Assembly (NCBI RefSeq): GCF_004010195.1
Contig: NC_057718.1
Location: 18,197,728-18,249,656, forward strand
DNA length: 51,929 nucleotides
Origin: Chiloscyllium plagiosum
Taxonomy: Eukaryota
Direction: 5' to 3'
Part shown: in pieces, positions 24,701 to 36,225 of the stretch
How positions within the stretch are numbered: the stretch's first letter is position 1
Layout of the letters: every line of letters begins with the position of its first letter
The notes under the pieces: generated by a model
Seen by the model: the letters and a program-made list of their open reading frames with translations, nothing else
What the model was told of the DNA's origin: nothing
Database searches by the model: none
Program-made: the position numbers and the translations under genes

Positions 24701-25214
24701 AGGCTGCCAATGTTCTTTAATAAAAGAACATAAATGATACTAAAAAAAACAAACAAAGCTATATACAATATAGTTTAGAGAGATCTCACTAGCAGTAGCA
24801 AAAATAACTATATCCTATCCAGATACTCAATGCCAATAAGGTATATTCTTATTTTAACTCCGTCATTTCTTATTAAACTGACTAATTCCGGTTTTGATGC
24901 TCACGATACTCTTTTTTCCCCTACTTGTGACTTTGTCACAAACTCTCACAACTTGGAAATTTCACAAACTAAATCCCTTGTTGTAGTATGACACTATCCT
25001 CCTGAACATTCTGAACTGAACTCAAACAAAAAAAATCTCTGCATGTCACAGAAGTTCCTCATTGTAAATGCTTCATCAATAGACACCACAAGTATCCTGC
25101 TCGACACTTACTAACTCACCTGCTTTCTTGGAAATGATGTAATTTGGTATCTTTCCCAAATGACTTTCTGATCTCAAAGAGAACAGTTATCTTCACAGAA
25201 GTAAAACCAAAGTC

Positions 25215-28200
25215 ATCTGCCTCTATTTCTGTGAGTCTGTGTATTGTAAAAGATGTGCACATATTGTCTCCCCTGTGTTTGACAAATGAACTCTGTGCAC
25301 ATCCAGTCACTTTGAGTAAGCATCCACAATGACTAAGAATCTTGAGCCTGTGAAAGAACATGCATAATCAATATGTAACCGAGTCCAAGATTTACCCAGC
25401 CATTCCCACAAATGTGGAGGAGATGTTGGTGGGAATCTTTGTCCTTGTTGGCATGCTGGTCACTGCCTCACCAATGTGTTGGCATTCAATCCTGGCCACC
25501 AGACATAACTTCTCATCACCATCCTCATTTTGAGAACCCCTGGATGATCCTGGTGGATTTCAGCCAGCATCTGGAGGTGACCTTTGCTCGGGACAATCAC
25601 TCTAGTTCCCCATAATAATGTATCATCCTCAACTGTGATCTGGTCTCTCTAGGTCCAAAATAGTTTCAGTTCTGGTTGTGATGGCTCTTTGGTTTCCCCA
25701 ATTACCTCCAGCTGTTTCAGTTTTTGCCATGACTGGATCCTTTGGCATCCAAATTCTGATATTGTCAGCTGTGACTGGAAGTGTGTCCAGAAAATTTAAA
25801 ACCACTACAGGCTTTTCCAGTGGCAGTACCACCAGTGGTGTATCCGCCAGTGGGAGGCTGCTCAGTGCATTCATATTTGCCACTTGGCCTCCCACACAGT
25901 GTTCCAGCTTGTAATTATACACACTTAGTGTGAGAGCTCACCGCTGAATTTGGCTTGAAGCTACGGGCAGCACTGCCTTGTTGTCTATAAGTTGACAAAG
26001 CAGGGGGTTGTGGTCTGTCATTATTATAAATGTAAAGGTATTGGTGGAACTTCCTGACTCCAAATATGATCACCAAACCTTCCTTCTCTGTCTGGGTATA
26101 TCTTCATTCTGCTTTAACCAAAGTCCTGGATGCATACACTACTGGGTGTTCCTCTCCTATGGGTCACCTATGAGCTATATTAGCCTGATGCCATACGGGG
26201 AGGTATCACATGTCAATACCTGATCTCACTTGGGATCACACTGTGCCAACACCTGAGGTAATGATAGCTATTTCTTTACTTCCCTGAAAGCTATGGTATG
26301 GCTATGCGACCATTTCCTTGGGTGACCCTTTTTTAAAGAGTTGGTGCAAAGGTGCCAGGATAGACTCCAAACTATATATGAACTTTCCCGTAATAATTCA
26401 CCAGCCCAAGGAAAGACCCAAGCTCCAGGATAGATGTGTGAAATGGGGCACCTTTGATCTCCCTCACTTTGCCTTCCGACGGTGTAACCCAGTCTTGTTG
26501 ACTCTATAATCCAAATAGGTCACTTGTCGTGTCTGGAACACACATTTTTTTCCTTCTAAAATATATGCCCGCTTTGGAGAAGCATCTGAGGACTGTGTCC
26601 AAGTTCTCTAAGTGCTCGTTATCTGTCTTCCCTGTTATTAGCACATCATCTCGATAAATAACAACCTGGGGTTGATCCTGTAAAATGTTCTCCATCGTCC
26701 ACTGAAAAGCTGCACAGGCTAACAATACCCCAAATGGCAGTCTCGTAAACTGGGGAACATTTGTAGCATACTACTGGGAATCCTCATCTAACCACAATTG
26801 TAAGTACATGTGTCTCACGTCCAGCTTCGTGAAGGACAGCTCTATAAATCCTCTATGCGAGGGATTGGGTATTTATGCAGCTGCAAAAAATGGTCTACCA
26901 TTTGGTTAAAATCCCTACAAAGGCAAACCAACCCCATCAGGCTTCACAGTTGGTGTGACCTGTGCTGCCCATTCTATAAACTGGACTGGTTTGATGATTC
27001 CTTCACTTTCCTGCTTTCTGATTTCTGCTTTTACTTTTGCCCATAAAACAAATGACATTGAGCAAGCATTGCAGAACCAGGGAATTGCTTCCTGGTCAAC
27101 ATGCAAGATGACCTGGGCTCCGTTGATTATCCTTGGACCTTCCTGAAAAACCTCCAGGTATTTTGTTAGGACTCAGGCAACCATTTTCTATTTGAAAAAT
27201 GTTGAGCCAATCTAGGTGAAGCTTTCTCAATCAATTTCACACCAATCAAGCCCAGGTCCAAGTCTTTTATTACAATCATTTGTAACTGAATCAGCTGCTT
27301 CTCATAAGAGACTGGAACTGAAGTTGTACCCCTACTCTATAAAGGTCCCCCAGTATAGGTTCTCAATCTAGCCAAAGTCTTGTGCAAACTTAGAGGTTGA
27401 ATTTTGTTAAATGCTGGTTCTGTGATCACTGAAACAGCCACACTAGTATTGACCTCCTTTAGAACTGGGCAACCATTTAATGAATTTTGATTGGTTCTGA
27501 TTTGGATGTTGCTATACAAATTAACTGTTCCAAACCTGATATAGGTGGACGTTCCAGAGTGTGCAATCTCTTGCATACCAGTCTATGAATTCTCAATTTA
27601 GGTCTAGTGAGACTCTTGCTGTCTTGAGTCCACATACAGAGAACAACTACAATGGCTTGCTGGCCTGGATCCTGAAGAAATCTTTAACCATTTCGCCAAG
27701 GCTTGGCTTTTATTTAGGGTTTTGCTGTGGATGGACCTAGAGTCCCTCTGATCATGATATGTCCTGAGTGAAATGATACAATTGCCTTCACTCAACTGGT
27801 GTTCCCTAAGCTCAGTCAGACTGGTGGGCATATCCATTTCCATTGGAGTACCCTGCAACCCATAAGCTTCATTTGCTGCATTTTCCAATGATACAGCCAA
27901 TTGTAGTGTTGCTTAAAATCCAGTTGGGCTTCAGATAGTAGGTGCTTTTGCATGTTTACATCATTAATCCCACATACCAAACAGTGTCTCAGCATCTCAT
28001 TAAATCACATACCTGTGCCAGTTGTCTTGACCTAGTCAAAAATCCCGATACAGATCCCCCTGGTTCTCAAATTACCAAGTAAAGATCATGGTATCTCATA
28101 ATTAGAGGAGGTTTGGGGGTCATAATTTTCCTGAACCAAATCCATCAACGCTTGAAAGATTTTAGCATCTGGTGCCTCAGAGAAAATTAAACTTGTAATA

Positions 28201-28431
28201 ATCAAAAATGTTGTGTGTCCACAAGCTGTCAGGAAAATTACTTGTTGCTTTTCATCTAGTCCAATGTCATTTGCCTGGAAAAAAAATGCATTTTTTCCAC
28301 ATATTGTGTCCAGTCTTTGATGGCAGGATCGAAGGAGTCAATAAAGGCATGATTCCAGAAAGGTTTTCCAAAACTCAAAGATGGCTGCTGCAAATGAATT
28401 TGTTCAAGAGAATGCTTTTCTCTTGTTGCCA
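25215..28431 (-). mobile_element. Decayed Gypsy LTR retrotransposon internal region (gag, protease, RT, RNase H, integrase start)
   Basis: gag 'EMLRHCLVCGINDVNMQKHLLSE'; protease 'LNGCPVLKEVNTSVAVSVI'; RT 'EGIIKPVQFIEWAA', 'VIYRDDVLITG'; RH 'YNYKLEH...NALSSLP'; IN 'HQDHPG...RSYVWWPGL', 'FLVIVDAYSK'; PBS tggcaacaag. Confidence 0.92.
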
Positions 28432-28432
28432 C

Positions 28433-28657
28433 TGAACTAACTCCACAGAGACTCGTGTCCCATCACCAAATCACCCTTCATTTACAAGTGGAGAGTCCTT
28501 GACACTGATTTACCTCTCTCAGAGGATATCTGTCACTCCTGTTTATATCTGTTAGCCAGGGCTCCCTGATTAAACCAGGTTAACAGCCCCAATTAGGGAA
28601 CCCATATTCTATGAAATCCCCCTTCAGACTTCAGCACACTTCATTAAAATCAGTACA
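28433..28657 (-). mobile_element. 5' LTR of the Gypsy element
   Basis: TG...CA ends, adjacent PBS, homology to the solo LTR at 39878-40113 ('agccagggctccct.att...aggttaacagcc'). Confidence 0.85.
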
Positions 28658-30269
28658 ACCTGGCAACTTATATTTCCAGACCATAGTAATCATTAGTCTT
28701 TCTCCCCTTCTGCAAAACAATCGATCATGATGTAAGCACAATGACAAGTTGCATTCAGATCAAGAACATTTTTGATTCAGTATTGCTTACCTTCCAGTAA
28801 CTAGTCACCTGGATGGCTCCTTCCATCATTTAATAACAATGGGGAGAGACACTTAACAGTAATTGGATTTCATATCAGAATTCCTAGGTTTTGGAAACCA
28901 GTGGGGCACATATCTTTGCCAATATTGTTTAAATTTGCTGCAATTGGCAGAGCTGCAGGAGTAGCATTGTTGGCAGGAAAAGGAACAGAAATAAGTCTGA
29001 CAGAAAATATTGGCATCAATAAAAGCATCTCCACTGTGGGATGGTTTGTAACCAGAGGGGCACATGGATCTAAGGAAAGTGGCCAAGAATCGGGGGAGAA
29101 TTTCCTTTAACTCAGTTGTTCTGATCTGGATTGGACTGCATGAAGGGGTTTAATTGTAATTTTCACAAAGGAATTGGTTAAGTATTGGAGAATGAGACAC
29201 TAACAGCACCGTAGTGCATGGGGCTAATTGGATAACTTTCAAACAACTGGCTCAGGCACACTGGGCCAAATGATCTCTATTAATGTTGTCTGATTCTGTG
29301 ATTCTGAAGTGCCAACTACACTAGATTTCAACATGAGTGTCAAGGAGAGGGTGTGTTACGGATTACATAGATTGTCAATACAGGAGCAAATCAAACCCTG
29401 AATCCTCCTCTATCTTGCTGACTGCAGCTAATGGAGAAAGGGGGGAGGTGCAAATGATCTCTTTTACAGCTTTCAGGAGCTGTTATCGCTGAAATTATTT
29501 TTTATTGCAGTGTGTATAGATTTAGAGCATTTTATTTACTGACATAAAATCAAATTGCTCAGGCGCCAGTTTAATCATTGTTAATTATGGTGGGATTAAT
29601 AAAGTCCCACTAATTGTCAAGGCAAGGAAGTTCCACAGTGCACATTTTTACAAGATACACATTTATCCCACAGACTGTGTTTTATAGGCTGACAAACGAA
29701 GTAAAGCTGGTTATACAATGTCCAGGCATGGACTATAATTTTCTGCTTTTAAATTACAGTGAGGAATGTGCAATAATCAACAGCACGCTGGTTGTGTACT
29801 GGGCTTTATGTTATATAAAGATATATTGTTCTGCCAGAGTGCCTGGAGATGTACTCTGTCATTCTTGTTTAAGGTATCAGATTTATTACAATGCCTCGAT
29901 ACCAGTGACTCAACATGGGATAGTTTCTGTTCCTTTTCTCAATACTTATAATGGCCGTTAATGAATTTTAATAAGTGACTGTGTCTGGGACCTGGGTATT
30001 GCTAATGTGTGTCACAGAATATAAATTATAGCACAAACTTCCCTGCCAAGGCAAAGAAATAAAAACATACTTAATACAAGAGTCACATTTCCTGCTTTGA
30101 CCTTGTCTGTGAGTGCTGAGTAATAATCTGACCAAACCTTTTGAATACAATTGTGTGTGAAAAGGCAGTTAAAGAGAAATGGTTGCAAAGTTTTGTATCA
30201 CTTTGAATTGCTATTCTGCTGGACATGGTAATAAATCCGATTGCTTGCGAGTAAAGGAATTAACCTACA

Positions 30270-30650
30270 AGTGAAACTGACCTATATTCTCTGGCATTTG
30301 GATGAATAGGAGGTGGCCTCAGTAAAATATATAACATTTTTGAGGACTAGATAGGATAGATGCAGAGAGAGGCTATTGCCTTAGCTGGAGAGTCAAGATT
30401 GACAGTTTTTGGTCTCAGGATAAGCTTTTGGCTGGTTTGGACTGTGTTGGGGCAATCAGTTGGATAATTGTGAATCTTTAGGAGGCTCTACCCCTGTGGA
30501 TATTCAGTTTTGAGTATATTGAAGACTGAGTTCATTCCAATTTGTATATGAAGAGAAAGTCTATAGGATGGAAAAGTGATCTGAGGCAGCAAATGAAACC
30601 TGACTTCATTGAATGATTTATGGCTTGCTCCTGCTCCTGTTTCTTATGTC
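30270..30650 (+). mobile_element. Old CR1 3' end
   Basis: 'ggactagataggatagatgcagagag', tail 'cttgctcctgctcctgtttcttatgt'. Confidence 0.55.
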
Positions 30651-30787
30651 TGATGGCCTCGTGTTCTATTTTTTGCAAGTTCCTTTATGGCTTGGTGAAC
30701 GGCCAGACCAAAAAGAACAGAAGATCCCAACTTCCATTCTCAACCACTGCCTGGTTCACTGATTCTAGGCCAAATGACAGCAGGCCC

Positions 30788-30910
30788 AGGAACAAAATCA
30801 GAAATTGCTGGAAAAACTCAGCAAGTCTGGCGGCAGCTGTGGAGGGAAAGCAGACTAAATGTTTCGGGTCCAGTGACACTTCTTCAGTTCTGAAGAACGG
30901 CCTGAAGAAG
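30788..30910. mobile_element. Half of a fold-back Penelope-derived element
   Basis: Arm 'aattgctggaaaaactcagcaagtctggcggc'; palindromic centre 'ttcttcagttctgaagaa'. Confidence 0.7.
30857..30887 (-). ncRNA. Hammerhead motif, family 3, mutated
   Basis: Minus strand: CUGAAGA-A-GuGUC-acug-GACCC-GAAACaUU. Confidence 0.55.
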
Positions 30911-32039
30911 GGGTTGAAAAAGGGTCATAGAATCAAAGAGTCATACAGCATAGTTGTGTTTCACCTTTAAATGGGCCGTAGGTTTCTCTCAGGGTTTGTA
31001 ACCTATTGGCAAAATAATCAAGTGAGAAATTCTTTTCAGCTAAAGTAATTGATGCTATGTTAATTAACACCCTTTTATGAGAGAAAAAAAGTGTCTGAGT
31101 ATGTTTCCCAATGGACCAGCTGGTAGTTGCACAATACACTGTGGAATGTGTGGTATTTTCCCAGATGACTACTCCTGGTACCCTGTGGTATTTGATACCA
31201 GTATGTGGTACTGTTTAAGACTTGTTTGAGGTAGCTCACTGTCACCAATCCTCCTTTGTCTTTGCTCCATCTCAGACCTATCTGATCATTAGTGGTTGAG
31301 GGTGATCCACTGTGCGGTATCTATAAAGAGACACTGTTCATAGATAACATGAATGTTTATTTCATGATAGCAGTTAGTACAACTACGTTTGGTTGGAAAT
31401 AATTACTTGGACCTTAGGGAATAGATATGGATGCAGCTGCTCACCCTGAACAATTTAGTAGAATTCCTTGCCTCCACCTCTGTGACATCAACAGGAAGGC
31501 TGGAGCCAATGCAACATGAGCATCAATGCCTTTGGGAACTATGGGAACTCAAAAGAGTCCTCATTTAACAGTGCCCTGTTGGCATCGTTTCATTTTAAAA
31601 TATTGTCAAATTACTGGGGCCTGAGATTCATTTTAATATTGTTTAGTGAAATATCCAGCCCAGTTGGTGCCCTGGTGTCACAAGTTCTCCCACCCTTTGC
31701 TCCAGCTTTCGAACTTCTGGATTTTTGTCATGCTATACCACTGCCTAAGGTCTTAAAGAAAGTTGCTTCTTTGCTCACTGAGCTTCAAGCTGCCTGCTGG
31801 AGCCATTGCTGTAGGACAGCATCTTTTTGAGAGGCTGTGGCATAACTCACCCCTGGTGGGCATCACTGGCTGCAGGATCTGCCCGAGAAAGATGCCTCCA
31901 CAATAAATTCTGAGACTTTGGTTAGGGGGGCAAAAGGCTGGGCTGAGATGCTAAATTCATTTTGCTCCAGGCTAGATACAGACTGTAGAGGAAATGTGTG
32001 TATGATGGCCTGGATTGACTTTCCTTGTTCAGTTTATGG

Positions 32040-32360
32040 ATTTTTGCTGACCAGATCAGCCCCTAATGCCCATTCATAATTGCCCTTGAACTGAATGGTT
32101 TACCAGGCCATTTCAAAGTGCACATAAGTATCATCACATTGACTATGTTGGTCAGAATGGGTGCAGATGGCACATTTCTTTCATTCAAGGATGAAGGTGA
32201 TGGGTTTTTACAACATCTTTTGATAGTTTTGCAGTCACTATTACTGAGACTGGCTTTATATTTCACACTTTTTAATTTAGTTTGTCATGGTGAGATTTGA
32301 ACCTGTATTTTCAGAGCCTTGGCTTCTAAGTTCCTAGCCCAGTATCGTTACCACTGACTA
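32040..32360 (-). mobile_element. tRNA-headed SINE, related to the 47830-48350 family
   Basis: Minus-strand head 'cagtggtaacgatactgggctagg...caggttcaaatctcaccatgaca'. Confidence 0.55.
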
Positions 32361-32509
32361 CACTGTGTTTTGTTATTATCTTCGTGCTAACCAAGCCTCA
32401 GTGGGTACTGCACTCCTTTCTCTTGAACGAGTTTGTTCTATGTTGAAGTTCCACTCCAGACGTCCTGCTGTTGCCTGGGAGGAGATTCTATCAAAGAGGC
32501 TCCAATCAC

Positions 32510-34130
32510 TTATAGAGTCATAAAGACCCTTTGGTCCAACTCGTCCATGCCAATTTGACCTAGTCCCATTTGCCAGCATTTGGCCCATCACCCTCTTAAT
32601 CCTTCCTATTCATATATCTGTCCAGATTTATTAAATGTTGTAATTGTAACAGCCTCCACCCTTTCCTCTGGCAGCTCGTTCCATACATGCACCAGTGTCT
32701 GCATGAAAAGGTTACCCCTTAGGTCCTTTATAAATCTTTCCCCTTAAACCTATGCCCTCTACCTTTGGACTCCCCCACTATAGGAAAAAGATCTTGGTTA
32801 TTCATATGATCCACGACCCTCATGATTTTATAAAGGTCACCCCTCAGTCTTTGGCTATAACTCAAATCCTCCAATCCTAGCAATATCTTTGTAATTATTT
32901 TCTGCATGCTCTCAAGTTTTCTCGTACAGCCTCAACATACCATCACAACTCGCATAGTCAATGTTCTGACCAATGAAGGGAAGTGTGCCAAAAGCCTTCT
33001 TCACTACCCTGAATACATGCAACTCCACTTTCAAGGAACTATGTACCTGCACCCCTACATTTCTGTGTTTAGCAACATTCCCCAGGGCCGTACCATGAAC
33101 TGTATAAATCCTGCCCTGGTTTGAGTTACAAACATGCAAAACCTCACATTTATTTAAATTAAACTCCATCTGCCATTCCTCCGCCCATTGGTTGAACTGA
33201 TTAAAATCTTGCTATACTCTGAGATAATCTTCTTCACAGTCCACTGCACCACCTATTTTGGTGTCATGTCTAAGCTTACTAACTGCACCTCCTAGACTCA
33301 CAGCCAAATCATTTGTATAAATCACAAAAAAGCAATGGATCTAGCACCAACCCTTATGGCACTCTGCTGGTCAAAGGCCTCCAGTCCAAAAACTGACCCT
33401 CCAACTCTCTGTCTCCTACTTTCAAGCCAAGTTGTTTACAAATGGCCAGTTCTCCCTAGATCCCATGTGATCTAATCTTACTAATCAGTCTACCACACAG
33501 AGCCTCATTGAATACCTTGCTGAAGCCCATTATAGACAACATCTACCACTCTACCTTCATCAAATTTCTTTGTCACCTCTTCAAAAAACCCAGTCAAGTT
33601 GGTGAGATATGATATTCCATGCACAAAGCCATGTTGACTATCCCTAATCAGTCCTTGCCTTTCCAAATGCCTGCAAATCCTGTCCTTCAAAATCCTGTCC
33701 AACAATTTACCCACCTCTGACTTTAGGCTCACCAACCTGTAGGTCCCTGGATTTTACAACCTCCAGGCTTCTGGTACCTCACCCATTGCTGTGGATGATA
33801 TCTTGACAAGGGGCACATCAATCTCTTCACTAGCTCTAGCTAGTTTGTGGGGAAACACCTGATCAGGTCCCGAAGATTTATTTACCTTTGAGTGTTTTAA
33901 GACCTCCAACACTTCCCCTTCTGTATAATGAACTGTTTTTCAAGACATCACTATTTATTTCCCAACTTCTCATCTGCTATATCCTTCTCACAGTAAATAA
34001 TGACGTGAAATAATTTTTTAATATTTCACCAATCTCCTGTGATTCCATACATAGATGGCTACTTTGATCTTAAAGGGACTCTATTCTCTCTTTAGTTACT
34101 CTTTTGCCTTTAATCTCGTTGGATTCTCCT
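32510..34130 (-). mobile_element. HER1/CR1 LINE, about 1.6 kb, decayed RT
   Basis: 'VGKLLDRILKDRICRHLERQGLIRDSQHGFVHG...VDVVY', 'MEFNLNKCEVLH'; tail at 32510. Confidence 0.9.
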
Positions 34131-34279
34131 TAATTCTATTTAATTCTGAGGCATAGAGGAATATGGGTGTCTAGCACATGAGTCATAAAACTTTAGCATG
34201 TTGGGACAGCAAGTAATTCAGAAAGTTGTTGAAATGCTGACCTCTATGCTGAGAGGAACAGAACAAAAATGTTCATAAC

Positions 34280-34546
34280 ACAGAGGAGGAAGTGCTGGAT
34301 GTCTTGAAATGCATAAAAGTCGATAAATCCCCAGGCCCTGATCAGGTGTACACTAGAACTCTGTGGGAAGCTAGGGAAGTGATTGCTGGTTCTCTTACTA
34401 AGATACTTGTGTCATTGATAGTCATAGATAAGGTGCTGGAAGACTGGGGGTTGGCTAACGTGGTGCCACTGTTTAAGAAAAGTGGTAAGGACAAGCCAGG
34501 GAACTATAGACCAGTGAGCCTGATGTCAGTAGTGGGCAAGTTGTTT
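34280..34546 (+). mobile_element. Internal HER1/CR1 ORF2 fragment
   Basis: 'KVDKSPGPDQVYTRTLWEARE...EDWGLANVVPLFKKSGKDKPGNYRPVSLMSVVGK'. Confidence 0.9.
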
Positions 34547-35919
34547 TAAAACAGGGTACTGTTTTAAAATTAGATGAAGGAGGTGGGGTAATTAAATAGT
34601 TTCACGGCAGAGCTAGCTGGAATTTTGCTTGGCAAGGACATGAAAGATTATCAGGAGTAGATAGAAAAGTAAAATTTGGAGTACAAGTAAATCAGTCATG
34701 TGCTTATTGAGTGGCCGGGCAGGCTTGAAGGGCCGAATGGCCTACTTCTCCAAATCCATATGTTTGCATGATCTGGTCTTTCAAAGAACCAGCACAGTCA
34801 TGATGGGCCAAAATGCTATGGGATTATAAAAATGAGCCTTGAGGTGTTCTGTGAAAAGCACTATGTAAATGTAAATTGCAGCTGATGTAATGGAAGTGAT
34901 GTGTTCCATTTTAAATGAGGGTAACACCTTTTTGTTGAACTCTTCACCTTGACTAATTCTTGCATAGATTCCGGCCCGCCTTTTTCTCAAGACGTATGGA
35001 AGGTAAAGGAGCGAATGTAAATGCAACAACGTTTTTATGTACACTGATCACATCCCCGCATCTCCTACCTTTGGGGCATAAAGACAGTATCAAAGGGCAC
35101 TGCTTACGTTCAGTGTGTAAGCACGTATATTGTAAACCAAACCAGCTTTCACAACCTCTCCCCATAGCTGTCAATGCAGGGGATATGTGATGTGTGGGTT
35201 TGATGGTGAGTAGGTGGGAACATAGACTGGCAACTCACACAAAGATCTCATGGGGGTGGGGGGTGGAGGCACTCAGTTTTCAAGGTGACAACCATTGTAT
35301 AGAGGGGGACGTCAATCACGAAGAGTGACTGTTGGCAGATCAGTCTAGCTGAGATGGAAGTGCTATCCGTTGAAAGCCGAGTGAACTTGCAGGAATTGAC
35401 TGAGAATGGAAGCAGAGACAGTGATTTCAGCTTGGGCTGTCAGCAGTCTGCTATTATCATTTCAAGGCCACCCAATGTTACTGTATCATTGCACAGGAAT
35501 TATACTCTGTAACCAAGATTGCAGCTGAAGTAATGAAAGTAATGTGCTCCTTTTAAATGGAAGCAACAAACCTTTCAGTTGAATCCTCCACCTTAACTAA
35601 TTATTGTGTCATTTTTGGCCCTAATTCTTTTCTCAATATGTAAGGAAGGTAAGAATCTGTGAATCTGAGAGATCACCTGACATTTAGATCTACAACGTAC
35701 TCCAATGTGAAGACTATGAGGAGGATAAAGAAAACAATGTCGAGCATTCTGCTGCACAGAAGAAGAAAAAAAGCTCGATTATATGAACCAGTGCTAAATG
35801 TGGAGAAATCAAACCTTTCATCAGACAGTTATGGATTCAAGTCCTTATTCATCTCAGCAGTCTGTTCTAATCTCCTTTCGGCAGATATAAGTGATTCCCT
35901 GTCACTGCTGCAAATAGCC

Positions 35920-36110
35920 AGAGGGTAGTTCTCCCGGGTGTCCTGGTTAATATCAACCAACATTACTACAACAGTTTATTGGCATCAGTATCACATTGCT
36001 TTGTGGGTGCTTGCTGTGCACAATTAACTGATGCTTTTCTTATGTTACTGTGGTGACTATGCTTCACAAGCACTTCAGGAGCATTAAAGTGCTTTGGGTT
36101 TCCTAAGATC
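35920..36110 (+). mobile_element. DeuSINE/SacSINE1-like fragment
   Basis: 'gttctcccgggtgtcctgg...atcacattgctttgtgggtgcttgctgtgcacaatt...aaagtgctttggg'. Confidence 0.6.
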
Positions 36111-36120
36111 CTCTAAAGCA

Positions 36121-36225
36121 AGCTCCTTCTTTCCTCCTTCCTGCTTTTCTTTCCTCTCCTTCCTTCCCTTTCTTCCCTCTATTTTTCCTTTTCCTTTCCC
36201 TTTCTTTGAGTCCCTTCCTTTTCCA
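36121..36225. repeat. Polypyrimidine (CTTT/CCTT) low-complexity tract
   Basis: Seen directly. Confidence 0.85.
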
